From Candidatus Poribacteria bacterium (lineage in GTDB: Bacteria > Poribacteria > WGA-4E > WGA-3G): 64,000 bases of DNA. Both the position numbers and the translations under genes were made by a program. The DNA lies in the NCBI GenBank assembly GCA_965198235.1, contig OZ240248.1, positions 1,824,001 through 1,888,000 of the forward strand, written 5' to 3'. Below, one piece after another: positions 20,306 through 30,954 of this stretch (its first letter is position 1; every line of letters begins with the position of its first letter). The notes beneath the pieces were generated by a model, which ran no database searches, was not told where the DNA came from, and saw nothing but the letters and a program-made list of their open reading frames with translations.

Positions 20306-21046
20306 ATGGCAACCCAATCCTCAAAAATCGAGTGGACAGAATCTACGTGGAATCCTGTGCGCGGTTGCACCCGTGTATCAGAGGGCTGTCGATTCTGTTA
20401 CGCAGAGCGGATAGCGGCACGATTTTCGGGCAAAGGTATGGCTTATGAAGGCTTGGCTGAGAATACTAAAGCAGGACCGCGGTGGACACAACAAGTACTC
20501 CCTGTTCCGGAACTGCTTAATGAACCGCTAAAGTGGAAAAAGTCTCGTCGAATCTTCGTCAACTCCATGAGCGATCTGTTCCATGAAAAGATCGAATTGG
20601 CTTATATTCAAAAGGTCTTTTCTGTGATGGAAAGGGCGCATTGGCACGAATTCCAGGTCTTGACGAAACGGGCGGAGCGACTACTGAAATGCAGTCCGAA
20701 GTTGCCATGGCCATCAAATGTCTGGATGGGAGTCAGCGTTGAAGACCATCGCGTGACGCATCGAATTGATGCGCTCAGACAAACCGGCGCGCAGATCAAA
20801 TTTCTCTCACTGGAACCGCTACTTGGTGCCCTCCCAAATTTGGCGTTGGAGGGAATAGACTGGGTCATTGTGGGAGGCGAGTCCGGTCCCGGCGCACGCG
20901 AAATGCAGAAGAAGTGGGTTATCGACATCCGAGACCAATGTGCGGATGCCAAAGTGCCATTTTTCTTTAAACAGTGGGGAGGTAAACGCAAATCAAAAAC
21001 TGGGCGGGAGTTGGACGGGCAGACTTACGACGAGATGCCGGTCTGA
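20306..21046 (+). CDS. DUF5131 / phage Gp37-Gp68 family protein
   Basis: IEWTESTWNPVRGCTRVSEGCRFCYA, FVNSMSDLFH, WVIVGGESG, FFFKQWGG. Confidence 0.92.
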   Translation: MATQSSKIEWTESTWNPVRGCTRVSEGCRFCYAERIAARFSGKGMAYEGLAENTKAGPRWTQQVLPVPELLNEPLKWKKSRRIFVNSMSDLFHEKIELAYIQKVFSVMERAHWHEFQVLTKRAERLLKCSPKLPWPSNVWMGVSVEDHRVTHRIDALRQTGAQIKFLSLEPLLGALPNLALEGIDWVIVGGESGPGAREMQKKWVIDIRDQCADAKVPFFFKQWGGKRKSKTGRELDGQTYDEMPV

Positions 21047-21082
21047 ATCTCTCGTCAAATCCGGCATCTTGAAACTTTAACC

Positions 21083-21547
21083 TCAAACTCTTGGTAAATC
21101 GTCTGCGAGCAAAGCCTCAGAAACAGATTTCTTCGCCGCCTCGCGTTCCGGGCGTTCAATATGAAAATGACGGAACCATTCTTTAAAATCTTCATCAAGA
21201 AAATTGCCGTCATATTCTTCCTTGAACTGATCGTGGCACTCTTCCATATAGACACGTAGATAGCCATTGGCGCGTTCAAGTGCTTTCCAATCAAAGATAT
21301 TTGAGGGCATCTCAACAGTCCCACCCTCGAGCATATTACTTCGCATCTTCAGGTAGTAAGAATACCGAGTGCTCATCATAAGATTAATGAGTTTGTCTAA
21401 GATTTTTGAAGGAATCTGTACCACTTTACCTTTCGATAAGCTATGCCGAATGCCGATTTCCTTTTCCAAGTCTCGATTAAGCATAAATCCAACGATAACA
21501 TCAAAGATTTTATCTAACATTTTTGTGAGTCCTTTATCGTGTAGCAA
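21083..21547 (-). CDS. Hypothetical protein
   Basis: 154-aa AT-rich ORF, no recognised motif. Confidence 0.45.
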   Translation of the reverse strand: MLHDKGLTKMLDKIFDVIVGFMLNRDLEKEIGIRHSLSKGKVVQIPSKILDKLINLMMSTRYSYYLKMRSNMLEGGTVEMPSNIFDWKALERANGYLRVYMEECHDQFKEEYDGNFLDEDFKEWFRHFHIERPEREAAKKSVSEALLADDLPRV

Positions 21548-21796
21548 ATTATAAATATAACACCCACTCGGGTTTGGTTTGTGCTAATTCGTATGTAGCG
21601 GAAAAAATTCTAACATTAATGTGCAAACGCGTCAAGGGAAAAAATTAAATCCGTCCAGCAATCTGAAATCGGAGTATTCCGCTGTAGTAACAATATCCAA
21701 ATCACGACCCATCATTTAGGACCACTTGAAAACCTAAAACCGAATAGCCATGGAATTTAGATTGCATTACAATCCAAATTCTGTTATAGTTATACT

Positions 21797-22543
21797 ATGC
21801 TTATATTCTATCTGGCAATTGCGGTGGCGACGGTCCCACTCGGAGCGGGAATCGCTTTTGTTTCGCGGGGGCAGCAAAAACATTTCGGGCTCATTTTTGG
21901 ATTGACGGCGGGCGCAGTACTCGGCATCGTTTTGATTATGATGATGCATCTTTACGCCGAGGTAGGTTACACCACAATTCTTGTGGTGTGGTGTGGGTTT
22001 CTTCTAATTTCAGCGGTAGAGCGTTTCACAACACATCAAAACGGGGACACTGAGAAGCACACGAACAATAAAAACAAAAGATGGGGCATCAACTTAACTG
22101 TTCTCGGACTATCGCTTCACTCGTTGGCAGATGGGCTGAATTTGGTTATCGCCGCGAAAGAGGAGATGCTCGGTGGAGCACTTGCGTTCGGCATATTGAT
22201 CCATCGCCTACCAGTTGGGACGCTTATCACCGTTGCGCTCCTCCGGAATCAAACTTTTGGTAAGGCACTGATTCGGCTGACACCGCTGATACTTGGACCG
22301 GTTATTGGAGCAGCACTGGGGGAGCAGCTACTCCGCGGGGCTTTCAGTGAATTGACAGACTACCTCACAGCATTCGCTGTCGGTACGCTTTTGCACGTCG
22401 TGATGGATGGGTTTCGTGGTAACTATACCGTCGAGAAAACAGGCTTGAGTCATTTTGCCAAAGTGCTTTTTGTCATCGGATTCGTCTTGACCTTTTGCGT
22501 TATCTATTTCTTTCAGGGATATGAGGGTGAACATCTTCATTAA
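21797..22543 (+). CDS. ZIP-family-like metal transporter
   Basis: Multiple TM helices, LHSLADG, IHRLP, LLHV, His-rich end. Confidence 0.75.
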   Translation: MLIFYLAIAVATVPLGAGIAFVSRGQQKHFGLIFGLTAGAVLGIVLIMMMHLYAEVGYTTILVVWCGFLLISAVERFTTHQNGDTEKHTNNKNKRWGINLTVLGLSLHSLADGLNLVIAAKEEMLGGALAFGILIHRLPVGTLITVALLRNQTFGKALIRLTPLILGPVIGAALGEQLLRGAFSELTDYLTAFAVGTLLHVVMDGFRGNYTVEKTGLSHFAKVLFVIGFVLTFCVIYFFQGYEGEHLH

Positions 22544-22544
22544 A

Positions 22545-22650
22545 TGGCTATCGGCGGGAATAGCGGCCAGCGGTCAGCAGTCAGCTGTCCGGAAAACAGC
22601 GGTCAGCAGCCAGCAAAATAACCATCAGCAGTCAGCAGTCGGCTTTCAGT
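22545..22650 (+). repeat. Heptamer-like short tandem repeats (CAGCAGT/CAGCGGT/CGGCTAT variants)
   Basis: Same units at 18761-18802, 34751, 36121, 55541, 63881. Confidence 0.7.
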
Positions 22651-22724
22651 GGGTGCCCCTTTGGTTTTCTGAAACTCTCAAACTAAACAGGGAACTGACG
22701 GTCTTTAGAAAAGCCTCTTTGCTG

Positions 22725-25187
22725 ATGGCTATCTTCTGCCTTGTAGTGTTCGTCCTGCCAGCGAGGAGTAATCAAATTCCGATTGCGGTATCCGGTAAAC
22801 CGAGAGCAACACTTCAGGTTGGCGCAAACGTCTCGGAACAGGAGCAGTTCGCAGCCGCCGAAATCCAATCCTTTATCCAACAATTCACAGGTGCCAAACT
22901 CGACATCCGTACCAATCGTCAACAAACGGAAACACAAACGGTGATTGTGCTTGGCACCCCAAGGTCGAATCCAACGATTGCAGGATTACAGGCGAACGTA
23001 GAACTGAGATTGGCAAAAGAACTTGGAGACGAAGGCTATCGTATCAAAACAGTAGAGGTCGGCACAGAGATCGTCATTATTGTGACGGCGCACACCGAGA
23101 GGGGCGTGGTTTATGGCGCGTATGCCTTCATTGAAAACTGTATTACGGCGTTGACGGGTCTGAAACCCGTACATCCAGAGTTACCAGTTGCCAAAGCACA
23201 AGCGCTGCTCGTGCCGTTCATGAACGAAACCTCATCACCTTTTTATCCCGTGCGTGCTGTGTTGGAGATAGAAGATCCCGACTGGCTCTCACGACACCGT
23301 ATCAACATGAGTGGCGGCGAAGGCGTTTGGACAGGCACGGGTATTGAAGATGGGTTCGGAACGGCGTTTAAATATGTCGACACGCCTGCGTTTGAAGCCC
23401 TGCAGGATGAGCCGGTGAGACAGCGGCGAGAACGCGTCGCAACGCTACAAAATCGGTTTAATGCGCTCGAACGGCGCGGCATTGATGCTTATCTTTTCAT
23501 GTACGTGACTGGCGAACCGACAGAGGCATTGATTCAACAGCGTCCCGATGTCCTTGGACCGGCGGTGCTTTACGGGGCATCTCGGAATGAAGTATCTTAT
23601 CGACCCTTCTGTTGGTCTAAACCCGCGTTTCATACGCTCGCAAAGGATTTGACACAAACGATCGTCCGTACCTACCCTGCACTTGCCGGTTTTCATCTAC
23701 GCTCTTGGGGGCATGAGACGCGCGCCTGCGATTGTCCTGACTGTGGTGATAGGACGGAACAGGGACAAGCAAAACTTTGGCAAGTCTACTTTACAATTAT
23801 CAACGCCGCGCGGGAGGTGCGTCCGGACTTCAAATTTTATATCTCTGGGTATGACAGCAGTTGGCTCAAGGATGCAGCAGGCGTTTATGCCCAGCAGCTG
23901 CCGAAAGGAACTATTTTCTCGCGAAAATGGGGCGCAGATGGCGAACCCGTCGTGAGTGCAGGCGTGCCTATCCCACAAGTCAGAGCACTCGGAGAAATCG
24001 GGCATCGCTTTATAGTCCTTTCGCATGAAGTAGAGGAGGTCATGCCGTTCTGGATGATCGAGAGCGATCTGTTCGTGCAAGGTGTTCGGCAACTTGCCAA
24101 TAACCCTGAAGTCGTCGGTCTCGGTGGCTTTACTGTCCAAGGCGCAACACAAGGGTTGGGATACCTCGATCGGCTTGTCAGTGCAAGCCTCAATTGGGAT
24201 ATCAACCTTGACCATTATCAACTCCTTCAAAACGAGTTGATAGCCCGATACGGTGCCGAAGCCGCACCACATATTCTAAACGCCTTGCGGGTAAACGGAT
24301 GGAACATGGCAAGTTATTTCACAGATTACGCTGGATCCTTGACCGTAGGCGGTACATACGGCAGCGGATCCGCAGGACTCGCAACGCGATTCTGGACCTT
24401 GATTGGACCGCGGGCTGTTGAAGATACGTTGGCTATCCCGGAACTGGACATCGCGAAACTCGCCGTGAACCGGTTCACCGCACTTTTGGCACCACAACAG
24501 CAGGCTGCCAACGAGATACGGGTAGCAAGTGAGATCGCAGAGCCATTTGATCTGGAAGCAACCGAAGATTTACGCGATGCCATTTACTTGATGGAACTGT
24601 GGGTACTGCTCTTTGAAAGTCGAGCCAAATTGGTAGAGGCGATAGCACTCGGCTACGAGCCAGGTACGGAAGAGGCAATCCGTGCGAAGTTAACGAGCGC
24701 GATAGAATTTTCAAAGTCCATACAACCACATATCAAAGGGATTGAGGAATTTATCCCACTCTTCGGATATTCGCATCGGACGATTGAAGCGGAGTTGTTG
24801 AGTGCCTTAAACGCAGAAGTCGCTTGGTTAACGAGTTTCGATTATAAAATGCTCCAGAAACACGACGAGGGCTTCTCACCAGAGGAAACTCCTTTCCGAA
24901 TCTGGGATGTTCACAACTACCCGAATCCTCTGAAACAAGAAACAACATTTACCTATCATTTATCGTTGGATGCAGATGAAGTCTCTATTACAATTTACGC
25001 CACATCCGGACGGGTAGTCAACGTCTTGAAAGGGGCTTCGGGAAACGAAGGCTACAACGAGTTTATGTGGGATGCACGAGACGCTGACGGTATACTGCTT
25101 GCCAATGGTGTCTATTTTTTCAGAATACGCGCTGTCGCTGGAGACCAGACAGCACAGACATTCGGACGCTTGGCAGTGTTACGGTGA
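22725..25187 (+). CDS. Secreted glycoside-hydrolase-like protein with FlgD-Ig/T9SS-like C-terminal domain
   Basis: GH20b/GH67-like N-domain (LGDEGYRI..RGVVYGAY); tail NYPNP..WDARDADG..NGVYF; start uncertain (22521 or 22725). Confidence 0.7.
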   Translation: MAIFCLVVFVLPARSNQIPIAVSGKPRATLQVGANVSEQEQFAAAEIQSFIQQFTGAKLDIRTNRQQTETQTVIVLGTPRSNPTIAGLQANVELRLAKELGDEGYRIKTVEVGTEIVIIVTAHTERGVVYGAYAFIENCITALTGLKPVHPELPVAKAQALLVPFMNETSSPFYPVRAVLEIEDPDWLSRHRINMSGGEGVWTGTGIEDGFGTAFKYVDTPAFEALQDEPVRQRRERVATLQNRFNALERRGIDAYLFMYVTGEPTEALIQQRPDVLGPAVLYGASRNEVSYRPFCWSKPAFHTLAKDLTQTIVRTYPALAGFHLRSWGHETRACDCPDCGDRTEQGQAKLWQVYFTIINAAREVRPDFKFYISGYDSSWLKDAAGVYAQQLPKGTIFSRKWGADGEPVVSAGVPIPQVRALGEIGHRFIVLSHEVEEVMPFWMIESDLFVQGVRQLANNPEVVGLGGFTVQGATQGLGYLDRLVSASLNWDINLDHYQLLQNELIARYGAEAAPHILNALRVNGWNMASYFTDYAGSLTVGGTYGSGSAGLATRFWTLIGPRAVEDTLAIPELDIAKLAVNRFTALLAPQQQAANEIRVASEIAEPFDLEATEDLRDAIYLMELWVLLFESRAKLVEAIALGYEPGTEEAIRAKLTSAIEFSKSIQPHIKGIEEFIPLFGYSHRTIEAELLSALNAEVAWLTSFDYKMLQKHDEGFSPEETPFRIWDVHNYPNPLKQETTFTYHLSLDADEVSITIYATSGRVVNVLKGASGNEGYNEFMWDARDADGILLANGVYFFRIRAVAGDQTAQTFGRLAVLR

Positions 25188-25206
25188 AACGAAAAGGAGG
25201 GTAAAG

Positions 25207-26310
25207 ATGCTTCGTATATGTACATGTCTGACGCTCTTACTTTCAGTGATGAGTTGTAAATCGCAAACTTTGCAGGAACATCTTTTAGAACCGCCACCAC
25301 CGCTCATCAATTTCGCACTGAGCCGAAATGGGGCAATCACGGATGCGTCACAATCCGTTCCAAACCATCGCGCCGAAGAGATAATCGATGGTGATACCAA
25401 CTCCGAGACGTGGGATGAAGGCAGTGGATGGGGGAGCAGTTTAGAACATCTCCGCACCTCGGATTTGAACAAGCGCCCTTATGTATCCGTGACGCTCGCT
25501 AAACCGGTCGATATTCGTAAAATTGTTATGTGGACGATCGACTCCGAAAAATATCCAGCACCGCAATTCGGGTTGAAGGACTATCGGATTGAGTATTGGC
25601 ACGGCACCGGTTGGGGGCTTATTCCATCTGGGGATACGAAAGATAAACAGTATACAGCGCGAGATAACACCAAAGGTAGACGGGTTCATGAAGTCCGCCA
25701 ACGCCTAATAGCGAGCAAAGTCCGGCTCGTTCCAGTTTCTTCAAATGATACAGTGCGCAATTACCAGCACATGGCAGGGAGGCGACCTGTGTATGAAGTG
25801 GACGGCATTGCGCGAGTTATGGAATTGGAGGTTTGGGGGTATACCGCCCCGGAAGTCCATACACTCAAGCAGATTGCACAAGGAATCCCGCCGGAATCAG
25901 TGGCACATCCTGTAACAACAGAGACACAGAATGGTAAACATCAGACCGAACCGACGATCAAAGAGATTATTCAGAGCGTCTTAAACCGATATGAACTCGG
26001 ATACGACATGGCAGACCTAACGAAGGTTATGTCCTGTTTTTCGGAAGCGTATCTCTCCAACGGACGCACATATCAAGACGTTCAGACAAAGGCAGCGCAT
26101 TTCTTTGAAGTCTATCATCAGATTGACATGACGCTGACTGACATTGACATCCATCCGAACATAGTTGACGATACAGCGATTGTAAAGGGTGGCTACACGT
26201 TGCAATATGCCCCGAAGGCGAATGGTCAGGTTGAACAGACATCTGGCAAATTGACATTGGTTTTCGCGAATGAAGCCGAAACATGGCGTATTATCCGGGC
26301 AGATTTTTAA
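25207..26310 (+). CDS. Lipoprotein with discoidin-like and NTF2-like domains
   Basis: AGGAGG SD, lipobox VMSC, NFAL..IIDGD..ELEVWG, C-terminal WRII. Confidence 0.7.
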   Translation: MLRICTCLTLLLSVMSCKSQTLQEHLLEPPPPLINFALSRNGAITDASQSVPNHRAEEIIDGDTNSETWDEGSGWGSSLEHLRTSDLNKRPYVSVTLAKPVDIRKIVMWTIDSEKYPAPQFGLKDYRIEYWHGTGWGLIPSGDTKDKQYTARDNTKGRRVHEVRQRLIASKVRLVPVSSNDTVRNYQHMAGRRPVYEVDGIARVMELEVWGYTAPEVHTLKQIAQGIPPESVAHPVTTETQNGKHQTEPTIKEIIQSVLNRYELGYDMADLTKVMSCFSEAYLSNGRTYQDVQTKAAHFFEVYHQIDMTLTDIDIHPNIVDDTAIVKGGYTLQYAPKANGQVEQTSGKLTLVFANEAETWRIIRADF

Positions 26311-26589
26311 TTGATGGCCTCTGGGCACCGCTCCAAAAAGAATCGAAGTGACACCTTCCGGCGTATCTTTGTGAGCCACTATTGTTCAACAGCATCGTGG
26401 TTAGGTTGGAAGGGACAGCGAAATTACCGTGGTGTTATCACCGTCGCGGGCGAAGATCCCTACACTGATGAAGGGTATGTCACACCGAACGTCTGGGCGC
26501 GATGGGAGTAGTATGAACAACTCGTAGCAGAAACGCATCTGACCGAACCGCGAGGAGGAAAGGATTCGTGCATTCTTTGTAGAGAGTCT

Positions 26590-26678
26590 GTAGTCCGTAA
26601 TGAAATGGAGGACGGATATACGGGAACGCACTGCGTAATCTAAACGCACCTGACCGAACCGCAAGGAGAATTAAAAAA
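26590..26678 (+). repeat. Family A ~90-bp repeat abutting the phyH start (partial second copy 26525-26560)
   Basis: GTAG-TCC..GGAC hairpin, GATATACGG, CCTGACCGAACCGCAAGGAGAATTAAAAAA then ATG. Confidence 0.8.
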
Positions 26679-27494
26679 ATGAAACTGACAGAACATCAGG
26701 TGAATTTCTTCAATACTTTCGGCTATCTCGCAATACCGGGCATGTTTTCGCCAAGCGAGATGGAATGGATTACCGAAGAATTTGAGATATCGATTCAAGA
26801 ATTTGGGGGCGGCAAGGATCATGATGGAACACGCCGCACAATGTTCGGCGGTCCGATTGAGCATCGCTCTCGACTCTGTACTTTACTCGATGATGAACGA
26901 GTTAAGGGACTCATCGGTGGTGTGCTCGGTGAAGACTTCAACTACGCTGGGGGCGACGGGAACTATTACAGCGGCGATACGGGTTGGCATCCTGATGGAG
27001 GCTGGGGACGACTCTTCGCTTGTAAGGTGGCGTTTTATCTCGACCCGTTAACAAGAGACACCGGATGCTTGCGCATCATTCCGGGCAGTCAGAACCCTGC
27101 ACACTTTGTCAGAGCTGGAAAAATTGATCCGAATCAATCAGAGGCATTATACGGTATCCCGCCTCGGGACTTTCCAACCAGCGTCGCATTGGAAAGCAAA
27201 CCCGGTGATATCGCTATTTTTAATCACGATACTTATCACGCAGCGTTTGGCGGTGGGACCCGGCGGCGGATGTTTACCATGAATTGCACACAGCATTGCA
27301 CGACCGAGCCGGATTTAGAGACATTGCATCAGTACTTGAGCGTCCATTCAGCAGGAGGATATAAAATTGAGACGGGCGCAGGTATGTATTTTCCACCGAT
27401 GGTTGACACCGCCGACGTAAAACGGCAAATTCATCTCCAGCAGTGTAGCGACATTCATGACGAATTGTTTCCGCAATATGCTCGGCGTTCTTAG
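26679..27494 (+). CDS. PhyH family dioxygenase
   Basis: FNTFGYL, WHPD, IPGS, distal His YHAAFGG. Confidence 0.88.
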   Translation: MKLTEHQVNFFNTFGYLAIPGMFSPSEMEWITEEFEISIQEFGGGKDHDGTRRTMFGGPIEHRSRLCTLLDDERVKGLIGGVLGEDFNYAGGDGNYYSGDTGWHPDGGWGRLFACKVAFYLDPLTRDTGCLRIIPGSQNPAHFVRAGKIDPNQSEALYGIPPRDFPTSVALESKPGDIAIFNHDTYHAAFGGGTRRRMFTMNCTQHCTTEPDLETLHQYLSVHSAGGYKIETGAGMYFPPMVDTADVKRQIHLQQCSDIHDELFPQYARRS

Positions 27495-27616
27495 GTTTTA
27501 GCATTTCCATTGCAATCCCTGCGCTTTTGTGGTATTCTATAGTATAGGTTCATGCTGCAAGTAGGCGCAATCTCCAAAAAGGAAAGAGAACTTGACTGTG
27601 ATGAACCCAGTTGGCA

Positions 27617-27718
27617 TTAACCAGAGACCATCGTGAAATGAAATTATGCCTTAAATGGCATAATTTGCCCTTGCTTTACATTTGGAACGATGCCCAGGTG
27701 CCAATAGTTAAAAAAATG
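27617..27718 (+). repeat. Family B hairpin repeat with palindromic insert
   Basis: TTAAC..CATCGT/ACGATG stem..CCCAGGTGCCAATAGTTAAAAAAATG. Confidence 0.8.
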
Positions 27719-30184
27719 AAAAGCGTATTTAGGGTTCCATCTTCATTGAGTGAGCGTTTAGGGCGCATTGGCAAAAATGTTATTTCCGCAGCATTCATCT
27801 GTGGGATAAGCACATTTTGTGCTGCTGCACCGCCAAAGGTGCGTACCCACTTGCCCTCAAGTTCCATCGCGATGAGCGATGATGCCCTTGCCACCTTCTT
27901 TAATCCATCCGGACTTGCCGCAGGACACGATCTAAACCTATACTACCTCCGAACATATCAAAGCGATTGGGCAGGCGATGACGCTTTCTTCCTTGCTGTG
28001 CCTGGCGCAGGTTTCGGTATAGAATTCGGCACCGCCGATGCTGATACTGACTTCACGCGCTATACGTTTTCGGGTGGATATCATCTCGGAAACGCACTTT
28101 ACTGGGGGACAAGTTACAGTTGGATGAATTCGGACGATGAGGGATATGACAGATTCCGTTCACTCTCCATGGGCTTAATGTATCGACGACGTTATTTCTC
28201 AATTGGCGCAACGGCACGCGATCTCAATCGCCCTAAATTGCTTGGAGAAAAACTCGGACGCACCTATGATTTAGGGTTAGCACTCCGTCCGGGGACGTGG
28301 CGCACAACACTCTCAATTGATATGCAGAAAACTCAAGGGATCGAGGGGGTAGAACTCCGTTATGCTCTGGAGGTCCGCCCTATTCGCGAATTCATGCTCC
28401 GCGGCACCGTAAATAACGATCTGAGTTTTGATGTCCGTTTCGGTGTGAATATCGGAAATTGGGGATTTGGAACGGGCAACGCCTTTGACAATAATCGAGA
28501 AGCATGGTCGGGGGTCGGCTATTTTCATTTTTCCAACGCACCGAAAACCAAACCGCTGCCCCGCCGTAGGACGTTCCTTGACCTACCGATGCGCTCCGTC
28601 AAACAGGTCCTACCTATCGCAAAATGGGATGACGATGTCGCTGGGATTCTTGTCCGTATTGACGGGAGCGGTTACGGTATCGCACAGCTTCAAGAGATGT
28701 CAGATGCCATTTTGGATTTTAGGGAATCGGGACGTGTTGTTTTCTGCTACCTCTCTAATTGTTCCACTGGCGATTATATTGTCGCGTCTGCATGCGAGGG
28801 TATCCTGATCCATCCGTCTGCTGAGGTCCGGTTAATTGGCATACGCACAGAGCATTCCTTCTACAAGGGAGCGTTAGATATGCTCGGCATTCGGGCGGAT
28901 CTTGAGCATCTTGGTAAGTACAAATCCGCATCCGAGGCATTCACTCGGCACGAGATGTCCGAAGCACACCGCGAGATCCAAAACATTATTTTGGATGACT
29001 TGTATGAACAACTCGTAGAGGCAATCGCAGACGGGCGTGGGTGGACGCGCGAAAGCGTCAAAAAACGTATTGACGAGGGACCTTACACAGCACGTCAAGC
29101 CTTTGCCGTTGAACTGGTCGACAGACTCGTCTATGAAGATGAATTGCATGATGTTGTGACCGAACTCACTAATGTCAGAACCGATTTGGTGCCACTTCGT
29201 GAATACGTGAGAAGTGGACTGTACACACAAAATTGGCAGGTGCCAGAGCCGAAGATTGCAATCATTAAGGCTGAAGGATTGATGTTGACGGGCGATAGTT
29301 TCGTCGATCCGTTTATGGGCACTCAGGTGATGGGAGCGGACACAATCACACGTATTGTTAAGGAGGTAAAAGACGACGATTCTATAAAAGCAGTTGTGTT
29401 GCGAATTGACAGCGGTGGTGGGCTCGTTGTTGCCGCTGACACTATATGGCGTGAATTAGTGCGACTCAAAGAGGCTAAACCGATCGTGGTGTCAATGGGT
29501 GATGTGGCGGCATCAGGAGGCTATTACATCGCGGCTCCCGCAGATGCAATCGTTGCTGAACCCGGAACGATTACGGGTTCTATCGGCGTTGTTGGCGGTA
29601 AGTATAGTTTCAAGGGGCTTTATGAGAAACTCGGCATCCATAAAGAGATTCTTAAACGGGGTGAGCACGCTGATTTTTACACCGATTACGGGGACTATCC
29701 GCTTACTGAAAAAGCAATTGTACAGAAACAGATTAAAGAGATTTATGACGATTTCATTGAAAAAGTTGCTCTCGGGCGAACCGAGCTAACAGTCGAGGAT
29801 GTAGATAGACTTGGACGCGGGCGCATCTGGTCAGGCAGACAGGCAAAGGAAAATGGGCTCGTAGATGAGTTAGGCGGTTTAAGTCTCGCAATCGCAATCG
29901 CGCGAGAACACGCAGGATTGGGAGAAAAGTCAGTTGGGATAGTCGAATTTCCGAAAAAAACATGGATGTCACAACTACTCGACAACCTCGGACTTCCATT
30001 AGTCTCGTTGGTTCGTAGTAGATTTGAGAACAGCGATATGGAGGACACGGGTGTGGGAACTGAGTCTCGGCTGCAGTTTATTACACAGTACAGTGGCTTG
30101 AGCACCACCGCGAGACTCTTAAACACAGTCAGAAAACATCGGTTCTTTCTTCTCATGCCTTATCATATAAGTGTAGGGAACTAA
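27716..30184 (+). CDS. sppA: Signal peptide peptidase SppA (S49) with N-terminal beta-barrel-like domain
   Basis: GKYKSA Lys, RIDSGGG, MGDVAASGGY Ser, TGSIGV; N-domain FFNPSGLA and alternating beta strands; start uncertain. Confidence 0.88.
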   Translation: MKSVFRVPSSLSERLGRIGKNVISAAFICGISTFCAAAPPKVRTHLPSSSIAMSDDALATFFNPSGLAAGHDLNLYYLRTYQSDWAGDDAFFLAVPGAGFGIEFGTADADTDFTRYTFSGGYHLGNALYWGTSYSWMNSDDEGYDRFRSLSMGLMYRRRYFSIGATARDLNRPKLLGEKLGRTYDLGLALRPGTWRTTLSIDMQKTQGIEGVELRYALEVRPIREFMLRGTVNNDLSFDVRFGVNIGNWGFGTGNAFDNNREAWSGVGYFHFSNAPKTKPLPRRRTFLDLPMRSVKQVLPIAKWDDDVAGILVRIDGSGYGIAQLQEMSDAILDFRESGRVVFCYLSNCSTGDYIVASACEGILIHPSAEVRLIGIRTEHSFYKGALDMLGIRADLEHLGKYKSASEAFTRHEMSEAHREIQNIILDDLYEQLVEAIADGRGWTRESVKKRIDEGPYTARQAFAVELVDRLVYEDELHDVVTELTNVRTDLVPLREYVRSGLYTQNWQVPEPKIAIIKAEGLMLTGDSFVDPFMGTQVMGADTITRIVKEVKDDDSIKAVVLRIDSGGGLVVAADTIWRELVRLKEAKPIVVSMGDVAASGGYYIAAPADAIVAEPGTITGSIGVVGGKYSFKGLYEKLGIHKEILKRGEHADFYTDYGDYPLTEKAIVQKQIKEIYDDFIEKVALGRTELTVEDVDRLGRGRIWSGRQAKENGLVDELGGLSLAIAIAREHAGLGEKSVGIVEFPKKTWMSQLLDNLGLPLVSLVRSRFENSDMEDTGVGTESRLQFITQYSGLSTTARLLNTVRKHRFFLLMPYHISVGN

Positions 30185-30243
30185 CAACACAGTGAAATCA
30201 GAATTAAAATCGCAGAAATTGATGCTTCGGAGTTACGTTAAAA

Positions 30244-30906
30244 ATGCTGTTCGCCAAGAACTACACGACACTACGTCGCAAAATGGTTCGGAACCAGATT
30301 GAAGCGCGTGGTATCCACAATCCGCAAGTGCTTGCTGTTATGCGAAAAGTGGAGCGGCACCTGTTTGTAAAACCGCAGTACCTCAATGTGGCGTATCAGG
30401 ATGGAGCGTTACCAATTGATTGTGACCAAACGATCTCGCAACCGTATATCGTCGCATTGATGACGGACTTGCTGGAGCTCACCTCAACTTCAAAAGTCCT
30501 TGAGATCGGAACGGGTTGTGGCTATCAAACAGCGGTCCTGGCAGAATTGGCGAGAGATGTGTATTCTGTTGAGATTATACCCGGACTTGTCAAAAGTGCG
30601 AAGGCGCGATTAGAGGCACTCAGCTATCGAAACATTCATCTCAAGAAAGGAGATGGGTATTACGGTTGGCGAGAACACGCGCCTTATGATGCCGTGCTTG
30701 TCGCGGCAGCACCTACAGACGTGCCGGAGCGGCTCATTCAGCAACTCAAGCCAGGCGGTCGGATGGTGATTCCTGTCGGGGGTTCTGAACAAAATCTCCT
30801 TTTAATTCGAAAAGGACTTCAAGCCGATGAGAATTCGATACAGTCTCTCGAAACCACTGAGATTATCCCTGTCCGTTTTGTACCAATGACAAGTGGACTG
30901 AATTAA
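30244..30906 (+). CDS. pcm: Protein-L-isoaspartate O-methyltransferase
   Basis: QTISQPYIVA, VLEIGTGCGYQTAVL, APYD, VRFVPM. Confidence 0.95.
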   Translation: MLFAKNYTTLRRKMVRNQIEARGIHNPQVLAVMRKVERHLFVKPQYLNVAYQDGALPIDCDQTISQPYIVALMTDLLELTSTSKVLEIGTGCGYQTAVLAELARDVYSVEIIPGLVKSAKARLEALSYRNIHLKKGDGYYGWREHAPYDAVLVAAAPTDVPERLIQQLKPGGRMVIPVGGSEQNLLLIRKGLQADENSIQSLETTEIIPVRFVPMTSGLN

Positions 30907-30954
30907 ATCCGTTATCAAGATGCTGGTGCACTTACAAAAACAAGGAAACAAAGA

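Noticed and set aside
26311-26511. 66-aa ORF between the lipoprotein and phyH
   Set aside because: May be a gene remnant, but I cannot assign a family or SD with confidence
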